Assembly: GCA_047602475.1 (NCBI GenBank)
Contig: JASGHE010000006.1
Location: forward strand, 632,051-696,050
From: Gemmatales bacterium
GTDB taxonomy: Bacteria; Planctomycetota; Planctomycetia; Gemmatales; HRBIN36
Length of the DNA: 64,000 bases
Reading direction: 5' to 3'
In this document: positions 1-9,120 of the stretch, piece by piece
Position numbering within the stretch: position 1 is the stretch's first letter
Layout: each line of letters begins with the position of its first letter
Position numbers and translations under genes: made by a program
The notes under the pieces: generated by a model
Told to the model about the DNA's origin: nothing
What the model saw: only the letters and a program-made list of their open reading frames with translations
The model's database searches: none

Positions 1-136
1 GTGAGGAAAGCAATGCTTCCTGGTGCTTGGCATGCTCTTGAAACTCCTCCCTTACCTGCTCACGCAGTTGTGTGGTAAGCACGCTGGAAATCTCAATCGG
101 ATAGCTGCATTTCGGGCAGAGGATGGCTTCGGACAT
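1..136 (-). CDS. DUF2130-family protein, 5' part (runs off window)
   Basis: Not in ORF track. AGGAG RBS, then ATG at 136 giving MSEAILCPKCSYPIEISSVLTTQLREQVREEFQEH. The CPxC zinc knuckle followed by coiled coil is typical of the DUF2130 N-terminus. Confidence 0.6.
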   Translation of the reverse strand, partial: MSEAILCPKCSYPIEISSVLTTQLREQVREEFQEHAKHQEALLSS

Positions 137-256
137 GGTTCGTCTCCTGTTGTAATTCGTCGATGTTGCCTAGCAGGCGCTTCTGACAGCGTCTATCAGG
201 CAATTGGCGAATTACATTCGACACGGTGACGAGTATTGTGACAGCACTCTGGAATA

Positions 257-2086
257 TTAATCAACCATCTGCAACATACCACGCCCCGGCTCAAGCTGGA
301 CCAGAAGTGCTGGATCAATTCCCTGGGCTGAGACGATGGCTTGCCCCGGTGGTAAATGTTTGAGCCGCGTCCACATCGATTCCGGAACTCCGCCAACACT
401 TTTTTTCAGTTGATTCAAAGTTGGTTCGTCGGCAATCTTCAGGAGAACCTTATTGTTGCAAAGGGAGTAGAGTTCATTCGGCAAGTGGCCCGGGAACTGT
501 GACGCGAATGTCAGTCCCAACCATCGCTTGCGGCCACGTCGAGCAATTCGCTGGAGTTGCTCCATGACCATGGGAAGCTGCTTAGAGCGACCCGCGCCCA
601 CAAACTCATGGGCTTCTTCAATAATAATGACCGTTTTCGGTTTTTGCCCGACCGGTGCAGCATCGTACAACTGATCCTGCGCTGCTGCCACACCTCGAAG
701 CACATCGGCGATAGCGAGATTACGGTGGGTTGGATTGTCAACTGCTGCGACATCGAAAATGACGACATGACCTGGCTTCAGCATATTCACAAAGTTAAGG
801 GAAGTAATTGTGCGCCCATCGGCAGCAATGCTGTCGTGGCGATCAAAGAGCCGGCTGCGGTAAAGTTTGGCGAGCAAGCTGACAGTTTTGCGCCACGATG
901 CCACATGGGCGTGTTTCTTCTTGACGTCTGCCGCTTTCTGTCGCAGGCGGGTTGCTTCATGCTTGAAACCATCGTCGTGGAGAAAGCGTTCTTGTATTTC
1001 GCCATTCCCCACGACTTCAGCGACAGCTTCGGCCATGTCCAGGACATGCCCCAGCCGCAATCCCGGATAACCGTTTTCTTGATCGTCCCAACTACGCAGT
1101 AGTTCTTCGTGAGCCTTTCTACGGTCATCAGGCAAAGTCTGGACATACAACTCACACGCAGCATCATAAGCAGCTAAGAATCGCTCTGTCTGCGCTTCAT
1201 TTCCCTGCAATAGCTCAGACGCTACATGGGGTGAGATGTTCGCAAACTCTATGCTGAAACGGCGAATGGCGGGGTGAGTTGTATCACTCGGAGTTAAGTC
1301 GGTAGGCACAAGCAAGTAGTTGCTGGGAAGGCCAGCAGGTTCTAGCCCCCACTGCCGTAGTGCCGGCAAGATGTTCGGCGAAGCAGCGGCTCGATGCAAG
1401 CTGGCATATTCTCCTTCCACATCCAAAAGCAGTACGCAAAAACCCGCTTGCGATTGTCGCTCGATCCATCCTGCAAGGAAAGTGGACTTTCCGGCCCCTG
1501 TCGTGCCTACTACCAGGCTGTGGCGGGGAACGTGATGTTTCTCCGTGCTACGCAATCCAACTGAAACGCCGTCGTAGCCTACTGCCTTGCCAAGTCTCAG
1601 ATCGCCGTTACAGGAGAGTGCAGATTGTGTTTCTTCCGTGCTCAGCAGTTTCACTGGGCTGTTCGGTCGGGGACGATAGAGAGGCACAATTTTCTGCCCA
1701 TCTTTAATCTCACCCAAGATCTCCAGCGCTACCCACCCGTGATATGGAGGGGTGAACAATGCGTTTTCAATCTGGCTGATCACCAACGGCTGAGCCTGGG
1801 CCTGAATCCCCACTGGGGCTGCAAACGGTCCTTTCACAACTTGCCCTAAATAGATTCGGTTGTCCGAACTTTCAATATGAACCAGAGCTTGCGTATTCCA
1901 ACGATCAAACGTCTCCTGTGGAAAGACAGCCAGAACCGTACCATCCTCGCTTGTCTGCGGGGAATCAAACAACGTGCGTCCATCCGCATCATCAGGCAGC
2001 GGAGCCAGTCCATCCTGAAACTCCTGAGATTCAAGATGCAACATCACCTGCGGCGGCAATGGATCGGCTATTGATGACTGAGGCAT
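257..2086 (-). CDS. herA: HerA/DUF87-family ATPase (HAS barrel + FtsK-HerA P-loop)
   Basis: Walker A GTTGAGKST, LLLDVEGEY, Walker B IIIEEAHEF, arginine finger region ARRGRKRWLGLTFASQFP, C-terminal LPPGQA. Confidence 0.9.
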   Translation of the reverse strand: MPQSSIADPLPPQVMLHLESQEFQDGLAPLPDDADGRTLFDSPQTSEDGTVLAVFPQETFDRWNTQALVHIESSDNRIYLGQVVKGPFAAPVGIQAQAQPLVISQIENALFTPPYHGWVALEILGEIKDGQKIVPLYRPRPNSPVKLLSTEETQSALSCNGDLRLGKAVGYDGVSVGLRSTEKHHVPRHSLVVGTTGAGKSTFLAGWIERQSQAGFCVLLLDVEGEYASLHRAAASPNILPALRQWGLEPAGLPSNYLLVPTDLTPSDTTHPAIRRFSIEFANISPHVASELLQGNEAQTERFLAAYDAACELYVQTLPDDRRKAHEELLRSWDDQENGYPGLRLGHVLDMAEAVAEVVGNGEIQERFLHDDGFKHEATRLRQKAADVKKKHAHVASWRKTVSLLAKLYRSRLFDRHDSIAADGRTITSLNFVNMLKPGHVVIFDVAAVDNPTHRNLAIADVLRGVAAAQDQLYDAAPVGQKPKTVIIIEEAHEFVGAGRSKQLPMVMEQLQRIARRGRKRWLGLTFASQFPGHLPNELYSLCNNKVLLKIADEPTLNQLKKSVGGVPESMWTRLKHLPPGQAIVSAQGIDPALLVQLEPGRGMLQMVD

Positions 2087-2102
2087 AGCACCCTCGGTAA
2101 AA

Positions 2103-3340
2103 TCAGATCGGTGTCAGAATGCGTCCGGAGCTGAACTGGCTGGCGGCTCGTTCTTTGGAATATGCTGCCTCCACTAACGAGCTGAAGCTTTCAATGCCTA
2201 AGCCGGTCTTCGCTCCCAGGCGAGCGAGTTCCAGAAGGAGTGGGTAGCCTCGATGAGGCTGCAGGGCAGCATCGGCCAAGGCGATTACTCCTGCTTCTAG
2301 AGCATGTTCGGCATGAGCAAAGAACAGTTGCGCCGCGCGGACCGCGTCGCACGAAGTCCACCCACAATCATCGACTCACCCAGTTTCTCAGCAAAAGCCA
2401 GTACTTTAGCTTTGCGAACAGGGTCATAAGTTCCACGTTCCACCATGTCTTGTAGAACAAGCTTCCCTTTTTGAAGTATCGCGATCTGTCCAGGTTCAAG
2501 TGCTCCTGCAATGGTCAGCAGGGCCCGGTTGGCATCTCGTTCCGATACGAATACCCAACGCTTCTCTTGGAGAAGTAATTGCTCGAGGACGGGAAGCATT
2601 TCATCAATCAGTTCCATTGACCCCGAGCCTGTGAGGATTTCCAGAGGAGTGGGGACGCCGTGCCCCAAGCGCCAAGGAGTCGTCGTTCGTTGCAGGAGCG
2701 CCTTTCGTTCCATGGAGGCCATGATGCCGCGACGCAGCAAACTTGTGATTTGATCTCTGTTATTAACCGATCCACGGGCTGCACGTCGATCAAGGAACTG
2801 TCGCAGTCCCTCTACCACATCTTTATGATCGGCACTGTAATCGTGTCGGAGAAAGGTGGTTCGCCACGAGTGCATGGCTCCATCATAACGGGTCAGGCAA
2901 ACGCCCACTGCCACCAGCGTGGCTGTCACGCCATCGTGGCCGGTGTTGGCACCCTCTGCGGCAGTAACTCGACCGGCTAGTAGGATGTTTCGTCGAGCTA
3001 CCTTCTGATGTTTCTCATCGACTGTATAGACACCAACGCCAGGAGGAGCGTCTGGAATACGTTTGAGCTCTTGCAGAATATTGTGACGAATGGCCTGATG
3101 AAGATTTCGCTCTGCCAGCACCGATTTTTTGATAGCTGAGGGGATGCGTTCCAGCATGACTTGGAGTCCGGCGTGATCATCCCATTGTTGTAGATCGAGG
3201 GCTTCACGCAACATTTGTCCAAGAGCTTCTTCAAGAGTGGCGGAAGTTAATATGGGCTCGGGAGGCAGCATCTCTGGGGGTGCATCCGCCCGACGTTCAC
3301 CCACCATAGAGGCAGCTGCATCATGCATCATGATTGCCAC
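2103..3340 (-). CDS. NurA-like nuclease-fold protein; 1-bp frameshift near 2335 (ORF track truncates it at 2297)
   Basis: Lies directly upstream of HerA. The alternate frame continues AQLFFAHAEHALEAGVIALADAALQPHRGYPLLLELARLGA...TPI* to TGA at 2103-2105. GYPxxL is the NurA C-terminal motif; AAEGA sits where NurA has AVDGS. Confidence 0.65.
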
Positions 3341-4070
3341 ATTTGCCGATGGAAGGCAGGAACCATGAGCTGAATGCTCTATCGCGGTAGTTTCGTTGTA
3401 AGAGTGGTAGATAGCCGCGAGCCCAGTTCTCCGGCACGCCGAACGCTTGATGTAATAACTCCAACCACTTCAATTTATCTTCCCGAGCTATGTGCCTTGT
3501 CCTGGCTCGTGCTATGACTTCTTTTCGTGGAGCAATCAAGAGACATGCGAGTGTATTGGCCCTCTGTTCTACCTCGGTTTCCTGTTTCTGTTCTTTGAAT
3601 TGGTAGTGATAGAAAGCTTGAATCGGGGCTCCCATAGCCGTTGACATCAGTACTTCAACAGTTTCTGCTGGGCTTTCCTGATCCAGTAACTGTAGACCTC
3701 TCTCTCCATACCGGAGCTTCATGCGGCGACGTGGTAACTCATAATCAATCCAGAAATGAGCAGTCTCATGCGCAACAATCATACGCCGTTCATCGACAGA
3801 CAAGGCGCTATCGATGAAGAGAACGGCATGTCCCTTCTGAGCGATGATGCAACCATCTAACCTTCGATTATTTGGAGGTTCAGATCTCGCAAAGCCTTTA
3901 GCTGACAACCACTCATAAGCACGTTGTGTCGTTAGTCCTTGCATTGATTCGATGGAAGCTGCGTAATGAATTGGCAGATAGCGTTCGACATCTCGGGGAA
4001 ATGAATTTCTTTCCGGGATTGGCTCCCAGAAAGTTGCTGCACAATGCTCCAGGTCTTCAAGGTTTTTCAT
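3321..4070 (-). CDS. ImmA/IrrE-family metallopeptidase
   Basis: RRMIVAHETAHF (HExxH) and EQRANTLA (ExxANxxA). Start could be 4070 or 4079. Confidence 0.85.
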   Translation of the reverse strand: MKNLEDLEHCAATFWEPIPERNSFPRDVERYLPIHYAASIESMQGLTTQRAYEWLSAKGFARSEPPNNRRLDGCIIAQKGHAVLFIDSALSVDERRMIVAHETAHFWIDYELPRRRMKLRYGERGLQLLDQESPAETVEVLMSTAMGAPIQAFYHYQFKEQKQETEVEQRANTLACLLIAPRKEVIARARTRHIAREDKLKWLELLHQAFGVPENWARGYLPLLQRNYRDRAFSSWFLPSIGKCGNHDA

Positions 4071-4443
4071 CGTCTTCATCTGATAGGAGTGGCGTTTCTG
4101 ACGCAGCCATGAGCCAACCACTTTGATTGGCCTGTGGTTTTGCCTGTCCCTGCCATTGAGCGAGAGCCCATTCCTTGCGTAACAGCCCAGCTAATAGCGT
4201 TGGTGTTACCTTGCAGTGTTGGGAGATAGCCATAAGGTCATCCTGAAAATGCTCCTGGCGGGGTGTCATGCACAAGCTTAGAGAGACCAACTGACTAATA
4301 CTAATGTCAAGTTGCCTGGCTTGTTCTTTCACCTTCAACTTCTCTCGGCGACGTTGCTGATAGAGCCAGTGCCCCACCCAGCTACTATCCTTGCGAGACT
4401 TGCGAAGCGCACTTTTCATCAAGGCTTGCTTATCTGAACTCAT
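4057..4443 (-). CDS. XRE-like HTH protein (probable ImmA/IrrE partner)
   Basis: HTH-like EQARQLDISISQLVSLSLC. ATGA overlap with the sigma gene stop; 3' end overlaps the peptidase start. Confidence 0.6.
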   Translation of the reverse strand: MSSDKQALMKSALRKSRKDSSWVGHWLYQQRRREKLKVKEQARQLDISISQLVSLSLCMTPRQEHFQDDLMAISQHCKVTPTLLAGLLRKEWALAQWQGQAKPQANQSGWLMAASETPLLSDEDDEKP

Positions 4444-5012
4444 GGCTGATCCTCCCTGGCCAGTTGTTTACGCAGCCTGCTCACGCGCTGACGCAGTCGG
4501 TCAGACAATTGCTTCACAAGTGAGGTGGCTTCTGCCCGAGTCTTCTGAGGTGTGCAGAACGTATCAATGATCGATTCATGGGAGCGGTTCTCCATCCAGA
4601 GTTCCAGATATTTTCGTTCGTCGTCGTCTTTAGCCAGTTCGACGGCATATCGTGCCCCCATTTTTTGTGTGGTGACCCAATCATCTATTTCATTCGAGGT
4701 CGGCGACTCATTTGTGACAGGCTCTTTAACCTTTTTTAACTCTCGCAGTTGGCGTCGCTGTCGTTTACGGATTCTATCGATGAGGCGTCTCTGTGCGATT
4801 TTCCTCAGCAGGGATATGAACTTCCCCTTTGTTGCATCCTCTTGTATGCCTTGGGAAGCAGCCGACCAGATCGCATCAATTACTGCATCGCTTATCTCAT
4901 CTTGATCAACCGTGGGATTGGTTTTCTTCAAAATAGCCATCAATCGAAGGGAGTATCGCTCGTAGAGTTCAGCTACCCGGACACGTTCTTGTGATGAAAG
5001 TGGTGAGTACAT
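4440..5012 (-). CDS. ECF-type sigma-70 family RNA polymerase sigma factor
   Basis: Region 2-like LYERYSLRL...DAVIDAIW...FISLLRKIAQRRLIDRIRK; divergent region 4-like C-terminus. Confidence 0.7.
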   Translation of the reverse strand: MYSPLSSQERVRVAELYERYSLRLMAILKKTNPTVDQDEISDAVIDAIWSAASQGIQEDATKGKFISLLRKIAQRRLIDRIRKRQRRQLRELKKVKEPVTNESPTSNEIDDWVTTQKMGARYAVELAKDDDERKYLELWMENRSHESIIDTFCTPQKTRAEATSLVKQLSDRLRQRVSRLRKQLAREDQP

Positions 5013-5617
5013 GGTAAATCATGCCTATCATTGCTTATTTTCAGCATCACTTCTTGAAATCTCCCATGCAACAGAAAACTGCTCAGTTTTAGTTAAATCA
5101 GCGTTGAAAGTGGCTAATTATCGGGGATTAGTAATAAAGGACATGCCCATAATGTTTGTTAATGAACTGAGTGCAACCGAATCGACGGGTGGCCATCGAA
5201 TTGTCCAAAAGGTTAACTCGGTGCCTTGTGAATAGCCGATCCTAACGCCATTTGATCGCGAAACCCAAAACAGCCTCGCTTATGAGCAGAGTCGAATTTC
5301 TAAAAGCTGACTCAACGTGGCCACTAGGTTGTCGCCATTTTGATCTCTCAGCGGGCACAATTTCGAGATCGAAAAACTACAGAAACTCGGGTGATATTCA
5401 CAGTTAATCTGATGACGGGATTCCCTGCATCCTTGTCTGAAGGTATTAGGCAAACCTTTGTGACGTTGTCATTTGAAAAGCATAGAACTCACCAAGTGTG
5501 TAAAGTCTAAATCTGAAGTAAGAGGGTTATGATCAACAAGAATGCTTATTTAACAGCTAGGGTTTCCGGCGTTTATCGCAGTTGTCGATCCTTGCAGTCA
5601 AATTTGGCCCATCTGTT

Positions 5618-6118
5618 TCAGCGAATGCTCTTTGCAAGCATTTTCTTCGCTTTACGAGGCCCTTCACACGAAAGTACTTCGAACTTTTCACCGTCCAGAT
5701 CGTGGTAGCTCACGAAAAAGTGTTCAAGCTGCTCCAGGATTTGAATGGGCAATTCTTGAATTGAATGAATCCTCTTGTGTTCTGCGCTTTTCTCGGAGAT
5801 GCCAAGTAATCGATCATTCCGAATAGACTTTCCCTTTGTCGTCGTTTGTTTTCCTTCAATGACACCGATGAGGCGGACTTCTATGACGCATCCGCAGAAT
5901 GTGGGATCATCGAGTAAGACCAGTACATCGATTGGGTCACCATCTTGGGCTTTGGTACCTGGAACGAAACCGAAGTCGTAAGGGAAGATCATGCCTTTCG
6001 GCAACACCTTGCCAAGACAGTACTCTTTCGACTTCGGGTCATAGTCGTATTTATTCCGGCTGCCTTTCGGCGTTTCAATAATTACCTTCACTGTGTTGGT
6101 CTTAGACGTCTTGCTCAT
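5618..6118 (-). CDS. ppa: Inorganic pyrophosphatase (family I)
   Basis: IETPKGSRNKYDY, FPYDFGFVPGT, DGDPIDV motifs. Confidence 0.93.
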   Translation of the reverse strand: MSKTSKTNTVKVIIETPKGSRNKYDYDPKSKEYCLGKVLPKGMIFPYDFGFVPGTKAQDGDPIDVLVLLDDPTFCGCVIEVRLIGVIEGKQTTTKGKSIRNDRLLGISEKSAEHKRIHSIQELPIQILEQLEHFFVSYHDLDGEKFEVLSCEGPRKAKKMLAKSIR

Positions 6119-6626
6119 CTGCAGCCTTTCTTTGGAGTAGTTTTGGATTAACTGGAGCCGACACATCAGGGGATAGAGATTCAGTTACCTTCCCTTCAAA
6201 TAATCCGCCAACTAGCAAGACTGTCACGGAAATAAGTGCTGCTACGGTAGCCAGTCCGTACATTTCAACGCCACATGTCATACCTATTCCTGCGGAAAGC
6301 CAGATGGTACTAGCGGTGGTAAGACCCTTCACTTCCATTTTGTTGGTCAACTTCAGGATCGTTCCACCACCCAGGAACCCAATCCCCGCAATGATGCCTT
6401 CCATGACATGACCTAAGTCAATTTTCTTCGTGATGCCGATGATCAAAAAAAACGCAACAGTCAGGGAGACCATGACATGGGTCCGGAAGCCCGCCCACCG
6501 GCTTCTGCTTTCCTGTTCCAATCCCACCAAGCCACCCAGGATAAGGGAAAAGCCTAGTGGGATCAGAAGGTGAAAGGTCTCGGTCATATTCCAATGCTTC
6601 CGCATAGAAATCACCGGATAGAACAA
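6102..6626 (-). CDS. MgtC/SapB family membrane protein
   Basis: LVGLEQE...AGFRTH, GIGFLGGGTI, GLTTASTIW. Confidence 0.9.
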   Translation of the reverse strand: MFYPVISMRKHWNMTETFHLLIPLGFSLILGGLVGLEQESRSRWAGFRTHVMVSLTVAFFLIIGITKKIDLGHVMEGIIAGIGFLGGGTILKLTNKMEVKGLTTASTIWLSAGIGMTCGVEMYGLATVAALISVTVLLVGGLFEGKVTESLSPDVSAPVNPKLLQRKAADEQDV

Positions 6627-6657
6627 TATGTTCCATCCGGTGGCAGATGAACAGAGG

Positions 6658-6795
6658 CTAGCTGTGAGTGCTATTGCTTCGCTTTCGCGAGGCCCCCGAT
6701 TTCTTTCCAGTTTTCTTCATGGAACTTCCATTGGCCATTTTGCTGCGGCTCATGTTGCGTTTCTTAGTCGCTTGAGCCTTCATTGCTTGAGGCAT
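6658..6795 (-). CDS. 45-aa Lys/Arg/Ser-rich basic protein
   Basis: Not in ORF track. GGGAG RBS, MPQAMKAQATKKRNMSRSKMANGSSMKKTGKKSGASRKRSNSTHS*, sigma54-type motif at 6881-6896. Confidence 0.6.
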   Translation of the reverse strand: MPQAMKAQATKKRNMSRSKMANGSSMKKTGKKSGASRKRSNSTHS

Positions 6796-6880
6796 GACTG
6801 ACTCCCATTAAAAAGAGGGAATCCATTGGCCAATCATTCCTCAAAGTAAGGAATGACCAGCCATAACCTGAAGGGGGTTA

Positions 6881-6923
6881 GGCAAGATACATGCCAAGCT
6901 CCGGAGCTGGCTCTGTTTTTGCA
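6881..6923. promoter_or_regulatory. Back-to-back sigma54-type -24/-12 promoters
   Basis: Minus strand TGGCATGTATCTTGCC (6881-6896) and plus strand TGGCTCTGTTTTTGCA (6908-6923), between divergent genes. Confidence 0.6.
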
Positions 6924-6958
6924 TCAATTCCAGTCGTCGCAGCAAGAAAGGGATACCC

Positions 6959-7306
6959 ATGAAACGCAAACATCTACGGTTTGGCATTGGATTTCGAGTT
7001 GTTCTTTCGAACAAAGACGGCCAAGCAGCGGAGATGACTCTTGCTCCTGGAGAAACTGAGGGAGGACCCGACAACAATCATCGCGGCGCTTCGCAATGGC
7101 TGTTCGTTCAGAAAGGAATGGGCTTAGCCATAGTTGACAAGAAGAGATGTCCACTGAGGCCAGGAACGCTTCTCCTCATTGAAAAAGGGGAAAATCATAA
7201 GATTACTAATACGGGCCTTGGCCTTCTGAAGACCCTGAACATCTATGTTCCTCCAGCTTACCGTCCGGATGGTACCGCACTGCCGCGCGGCAATTCTAAA
7301 AACTGA
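6959..7306 (+). CDS. Cupin_2 domain protein
   Basis: EGGPDNNHRGASQWLFVQKG...IEKGENHKITNTG...LNIYVPPAY. Confidence 0.85.
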   Translation: MKRKHLRFGIGFRVVLSNKDGQAAEMTLAPGETEGGPDNNHRGASQWLFVQKGMGLAIVDKKRCPLRPGTLLLIEKGENHKITNTGLGLLKTLNIYVPPAYRPDGTALPRGNSKN

Positions 7307-7348
7307 CTAAACAATAGGTTCGATCTTTGATGATAGGTGAGATCAATC

Positions 7349-7810
7349 CTACTTCTGAAGCGCTCTTCCGCAACCCAAACTAATTGCGAGTGCAGTGTAG
7401 ATGGCGAATAGCGAGCGATTGGAGAGTCGCTTCTCAAACCCGGGGGTTAATCTTTTTGGAACGATAAAGTAATCAGTCACAAAAGCTAACGCTGAGACCA
7501 AAGCCCCGTCAGCTAACGCCTTTGCAAAATTACCATCCTGGTTGGTCTGTTCCTCTAATAGCTCATGTAAGGCAGCCCAAGAGGTTACTGCTGCGCCATT
7601 GAGAAATAGGCCCGTTGCTGTGTATTGAAGCGATGCCTGGGGTTGATGGGCTGCTTTATCACCCCACGCAATGTGGCTCACAGCATTAATAGGTTCCACG
7701 CTATTGTTGTTTTGCATCTTGCCGCAGATTGCAGCTACCACCGTGGTAGAGACGGCACTAAGAAGCCCTGTGTGCAGAACTCTCTCAAGAAAAGTTTTAG
7801 CATCAGTCAT
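7349..7810 (-). CDS. Conserved hypothetical membrane protein
   Basis: Hydrophobic helices, PINAVSHIAWG and VPKRLTPGFE motifs, GGAGAG RBS. Confidence 0.75.
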   Translation of the reverse strand: MTDAKTFLERVLHTGLLSAVSTTVVAAICGKMQNNNSVEPINAVSHIAWGDKAAHQPQASLQYTATGLFLNGAAVTSWAALHELLEEQTNQDGNFAKALADGALVSALAFVTDYFIVPKRLTPGFEKRLSNRSLFAIYTALAISLGCGRALQK

Positions 7811-7837
7811 GTTCTCTCCAAATAGGCAAGCTCCGGA

Positions 7838-8365
7838 CTAAGTCTTGAGCCGCCCTTCAATGGAATCATCCATCGTTTTTCCCAGCATGGCTCCAATCAT
7901 CATCTTGATTCCGACAATGATGCTGCCGTGCTTAGTGGCCCAGTAATACCCCTCCTCTGCTTTGAGCTTGAGAATAGTGATTCGCGGATCATCGATGCCT
8001 TCGGTGAACCAAGTCTTGATCAGGGGTTCCCATAATTCCTTGAGCTTGGCTTTATCAATTAGAATCTCGGCGTTGCATTTGAGCACCAGGAAGTCCGTAT
8101 GAGAGGAGCCTTGAAAATAGAGCGTCACGGAGGGGTTCGATGATAATGCTTCGTTCTGACTACTATCCCTGGAACTGAGAAACCAAAGGTTTCCCTGGTC
8201 GTCTGCTTGCCGCACACTCATCGGCCTGCTTTCGATCCTGGCTCCGGGAGTACAGAAGAAACAGGTCGGCACCACTTTGATCAGTTCTTGGATTTTCTGG
8301 ATAGCTTTCTGCCCGGTGAGATGCTCTTCGTTGTGTTCAGGCTGATTTCTGTTGATGGAGTTCAT
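7838..8365 (-). CDS. General stress protein 26 / pyridoxamine 5'-phosphate oxidase-like
   Basis: SRPM...GNLWF...ELWEP...WF...DDPRI pattern. Confidence 0.85.
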   Translation of the reverse strand: MNSINRNQPEHNEEHLTGQKAIQKIQELIKVVPTCFFCTPGARIESRPMSVRQADDQGNLWFLSSRDSSQNEALSSNPSVTLYFQGSSHTDFLVLKCNAEILIDKAKLKELWEPLIKTWFTEGIDDPRITILKLKAEEGYYWATKHGSIIVGIKMMIGAMLGKTMDDSIEGRLKT

Positions 8366-8503
8366 GAAGCACCTCAGCTAAGGTTAAGTATCGATGGAAA
8401 TAGTTTGCTTGTGTTCTCTTTCTGTGCCCGGCCAGACCGAGTTTCTTGTTCAAAAGAAAGCAACGTCACGGCATCGAGACGTTGCTTTGCCTTTACTGTC
8501 GGG

Positions 8504-9022
8504 TTATCGCGTGCCCTTGAGTTTGTTGTCTAACTCCTGGATCATCGTTAAGTGGTGTTTGATCGTTGGCAGAGTTTTCGTGGCAAACGATTTCAGTTCG
8601 GGATCAGAACCTTCTTTGGAGAACTTCTCGAAGAGAGCTACAGCTTCTTCATGTCCTTTTACCTGGCAGGCGACATAAGCCTTGTCAAATTCACGACCGC
8701 TGAGTTGCGATAGCTTTTGCGCGAGCTTCTTATGATCGGCATCCAATTGGGTTTCAACAGCCAGGTTCTTGGATTCCGCAATGCGGCCGAGTTCCATGTT
8801 GGCTTTGCCATGGTCTTCAACCATCTTTTTTCCAAAGTCCTTTACCTCGGCAAGATAACCTCGTTCTGAAGCCAGCTTTCCCAGTTGCACTTCAGCCAGG
8901 CCGGCTCCCGACGCCTTTTTCACGAACTTCTCGTTCGAAAGGACTTTCGTATCGTCATCAGCCCGTAATGACGTGATGCACAAACCGAGTGTGACAGCAA
9001 GGATAACAACACTTCGAGACAT
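8504..9022 (-). CDS. DUF4142 (ferritin-like) secreted protein
   Basis: Signal peptide, AEVQLGKLA, MVEDHGKAN, FDKAYV, LPTIKHHL. Sigma54-type motif at 9076-9091. Confidence 0.88.
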   Translation of the reverse strand: MSRSVVILAVTLGLCITSLRADDDTKVLSNEKFVKKASGAGLAEVQLGKLASERGYLAEVKDFGKKMVEDHGKANMELGRIAESKNLAVETQLDADHKKLAQKLSQLSGREFDKAYVACQVKGHEEAVALFEKFSKEGSDPELKSFATKTLPTIKHHLTMIQELDNKLKGTR

Positions 9023-9120
9023 AGGACTACTCCTAACAAGAGAACAGAGATCAAGTCGATGCTCGAACATCAAAAGGCAAACTGTGTACCCCAGCTTAGA
9101 AAAAGAGTTGGCCACCAAGT

